Below are positions 61,352-64,000 of a stretch of DNA of 64,000 nucleotides, piece after piece. The stretch's first letter is position 1. Every line of letters starts with the position of its first letter. The stretch covers positions 3,360,001 through 3,424,000 of the forward strand of contig OZ252149.1 in the NCBI GenBank assembly GCA_965248755.1. The letters run 5' to 3'. The notes beneath the pieces are model-generated. The model worked only from the letters and a program-made list of their open reading frames with translations. It did not search any database and was not told the DNA's origin. The stretch is from Candidatus Latescibacterota bacterium (lineage in GTDB: Bacteria > Latescibacterota > CBDEFO01). The position numbers and the translations under genes were made by a program.

Positions 61352-62188
61352 TCATATTGGGGTATGTTGGCGGTACGCCGCCACTGCCTGCGTCGCTCCC
61401 GCGCTGATCAAAGATAACTCGCTGACCAGTTCAAAGAACTGACATCCTTCAGCGATCCACTTAGCCCCTGTCTCCGGCCCTGAGGCGGTCGTGCCGAACG
61501 GCACTTTGTGCTTCAAGCACAAGTCAAGTATGTCATGCATCGGTTCCTTGACGCGGGGATGATCGTATTCGCCGGGATAGCCCATCGCTATTGAAAAGTC
61601 ATAGGGTCCCACATAGACCATATCCAGATCTGGTGTGGTAATGATCTCCTCCGCGTTCTCGTAGCCCATGGCTGTTTCTATATGGGCCATGATCACGGTG
61701 GACTGGTTTGCCTTCTTCAACCATGCCGCAGGATCGGAGGGCGACACGTAGTCCACATTTCCAAAGCCCGGGGCCGCAGCACGTGTCCCCACCGGCGGGA
61801 ACTTCATATAATCGATCAGGGCCATCAGATCCTCGCGGGATTCGGTGCGGGGTAGCTGGATCCCTACAACACCGGCTTCCAGTAGACGCGCGACCTCGGG
61901 CCGGCCCAGCTCGCCCACCTTGGAAATGACGGGAACCTGATTGTCGCGGGCGCAAAGCACGAAGTCTGGCATCTCGCTGCCGTCAAAGTAGGCGTGTTCT
62001 TTTTCGATGAAGATGAAATCGAAGCCGGCATAGCGGTATTTCTTAACCAGCGATGGGCGGAGGTATTCGGACACTATACCTCCCAGAAGGACATCACCTG
62101 CCTTGAGACGTCTCTTGAAGGCGCGACCGAGGACGGTGGGATCATGTTTTTGGGGACGTTGTATCTTTCTGGTCTTGGCCATGCTCAT
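61352..62188 (-). CDS. HpcH/HpaI aldolase family protein
   Basis: GFDFIFIEKEH, KFPPVGTR, HIET, VGPYDFS. Confidence 0.9.
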   Translation of the reverse strand: MSMAKTRKIQRPQKHDPTVLGRAFKRRLKAGDVLLGGIVSEYLRPSLVKKYRYAGFDFIFIEKEHAYFDGSEMPDFVLCARDNQVPVISKVGELGRPEVARLLEAGVVGIQLPRTESREDLMALIDYMKFPPVGTRAAAPGFGNVDYVSPSDPAAWLKKANQSTVIMAHIETAMGYENAEEIITTPDLDMVYVGPYDFSIAMGYPGEYDHPRVKEPMHDILDLCLKHKVPFGTTASGPETGAKWIAEGCQFFELVSELSLISAGATQAVAAYRQHTPI

Positions 62189-62497
62189 CCTCCACTGGGC
62201 CCCAAAAAGTATCGAAGAACTTTTTGGAGGGGGGGAAAGTAAGAAGTTCTACATTTATAAAAATTATAGCAGAATACCGACACTCGTGAGTGGCGGATGA
62301 ATGCCATCGGGGAAGGAGGAGGGCATCTCCCAGGGGCGGGGTTTGAAGCCCTGCCCGCGGAGTGCCTAAGTTGAGTTGCGCCGAAGGCGGTGACTCAACG
62401 TGGCTTCACTGAAACAGTTAGGTACACCGTTGGATCGTCCCCGATTGATTCTATCGGGGACTGGCGGAGCGCGTTGATACCGATCCTCATCCCTTCC

Positions 62498-63726
62498 TTA
62501 CACTACCCATAAGTCGTGGGTAATCACCTCCTCCGAAGTCAAGATATCCGCTCCATCCTCTGTGATTAGTACTACATCCTCAAGGCCGAACTTCTCTTCA
62601 GCCTTCCAGAACGGGTAGACGCCGTTCAATGTGATAAAGGGTTCAACGGACAACACCATGTTCTCCTGTAACACGGCCGTGCTGGTCGCACTGAGACCCG
62701 GCTGTTCATGCAGGTCCAGTCCGACGCTGTGGCCAATCGCCGACCAGCCAGACTCCAGACACCACTCTGAGAAGGCGCCAAAGCCCGCTGCATCGTTTAC
62801 CGCGAACGCCGCCTGAAGCGGCACATTTAATGGCACACCGGGTTTCATCACTTCAATCGCGGCGAAGAGCCCTCCCTGGCCAGATCGTAGAAGCGCCTCT
62901 CTAGGAGCCGCGGTTCTCCGACGGCAGACATGCGCTTGAAGTCGCACCAGTAGCCCTCGTATGCACAGCCGCCGTCAAACTGCACCAGGTCTCCTGACTG
63001 GATTACATAATCCGTAGGCATTGCCTTCGGCCCACATGGCTCGTGGCCCGGCGTACAAGGCATTGAAACGCTGCTCGCAGGCGCTCTCAGCACACATGAC
63101 TGATGTCATGATATCTATCACTTGCTTCTCTATCATCCCGGGTATGAGGGCTCCAAATCCGGCCTTGACGCCCTTGGCGGTGATATCTGCGGCTCTGCGC
63201 AGGCGCGCGATCTCAGCGGGAGATTTGATGCTGCGCAGCTCCCAGATAGAATCACTTGCATCCACAATCTTGGCATGCTGTAGGACCTGAAGGATGGAAG
63301 TGAAATGGGGTATGCGCCATGTGCACGTGAATATCTGCGCTAAGCTCCATGCCAATGACACCACGGTCAACCCGTCTCTCTTTCAATACGTCCAAGACCA
63401 GGGATACGGCGTTTGACTTCTCGGACATGTTAAAAGGCCTTTTCCCAGGGCCAGTAGCGTACATCCTCGATCCAGCACTGCTTCACCAAGTGATTGAAGC
63501 CGTTGGCGACCAGCAGGATCGGATCACCTGCAGCCTGCAAGATGGTCAGAAAGTAGAAATGATGTGCATCCCAGGCGCCGTCCCGCAGGCCGGCAAAGTA
63601 GCGCAAGTTCTGCCTCTGGGTCAGGAAAAGCGCATCAATGCCATGCTGCCTGAGGGTTTGTTGGGTACGGGCATACCGCGCTGTGTACTCCTCGCGTGGA
63701 AAGTCAGGAAACAGGAGCTTTTTCAT
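62498..63726 (-). pseudogene. M24 (Xaa-Pro peptidase/creatinase) gene with about 4 frameshifts
   Basis: Consecutive fragments in different frames: FPREEY…NLRYF; VIGME; RSIKSPAEIA; DGGCAYEGYWCDFKR; GHSVGLDLHE…EP…GLEDVVLIT. Confidence 0.88.
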
Positions 63727-63842
63727 TTCAATGCGGCCTCCGGGAAACATCGGTGCTTGATCTCTGGCTACTTCACGGGGTCTTATCGCCGACCCCCAAT
63801 TGAATCTATTGGGGGTTCAATCGGGGGCCAATGCGACCCGGT

Positions 63843-64000
63843 TCATAGCTCTTTGAAGAAGCCCGCACTCTCCAGAGATTGGCGCAGTTTCGCCGTCTCT
63901 TCTTCGGTGAGTGGGCGATTGGGCGTTCGCGGTTCGCCGCATTCCAGCCCCATCCAGGCCAGAGTCTGCTTGAGGCCGGCGAAGAGATCTATAACCTCCA
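63843..64000 (-). CDS. C-terminus of a DHDPS/NanA-family lyase (partial)
   Basis: …GLKQTLAWMGLECGEPRTPNRPLTEEETAKL…*. Confidence 0.75.
   Translation of the reverse strand, partial: EVIDLFAGLKQTLAWMGLECGEPRTPNRPLTEEETAKLRQSLESAGFFKEL

Larger units (their letters stand above)
23172..62227. repeat. Dispersed ~28 bp palindrome family CCCAAAAAGTATYGAAGAACTTTTTGGG
   Basis: Copies at 23172 (inverted), 41961, 59721 and 62201. Confidence 0.8.
4091..63827. repeat. Dispersed 21-25 bp palindrome family CCCCGAT-TGAWTCT-ATCGGGG
   Basis: Copies at 4091, 38965, 40657, 43683, 47132, 56433, 57494, 60664, 61187, 62439 and 63793 (plus a half copy at 63816), in both orientations. Confidence 0.92.

Noticed and set aside
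62364..62424. Integron attC-like site (GCCTAAG…GTTAGGT)
   Set aside because: One core box deviates, inner boxes are unconvincing, and there is no integrase or cassette array.
4091..63827. CRISPR array made of the 21-bp palindrome
   Set aside because: Copies are dispersed and irregularly spaced in both orientations; no spacers or cas genes.

Overview
Bacterial chromosomal window, probably from an FCB-superphylum candidate lineage such as Latescibacterota (inference from FlgD/T9SS-type C-terminal domains, PorZ/PorV-like genes, dockerin-like EF-hand pairs and TWG-x-IK tails). Left (1-45 kb): housekeeping and envelope genes (glnD, glgC, PAS/GAF kinase and response regulator, ECF sigma factor, larA, tRNA-Leu, mnmA, lnt, nadD, bamD, cpoB), a ~1950-aa repetitive surface protein and several secreted proteins. 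Right (45-64 kb): an accessory catabolic region with a minimal PolX, an intact IS3, a ~2-kb tandem duplication of a TIM-barrel hydrolase and several decaying genes. Most notable: (i) a 21-25 bp palindrome (CCCCGAT-TGAWTCT-ATCGGGG) in at least 11 copies, some in frame within proteins and some nested in other REP-like repeats; (ii) three unrelated secreted proteins sharing a short C-terminal T-x-V-x3-[TS]WG-x-[IV]K tail, two of them next to genes with classical FlgD/T9SS-type tails. All calls were made by eye from motifs; no searches were run.
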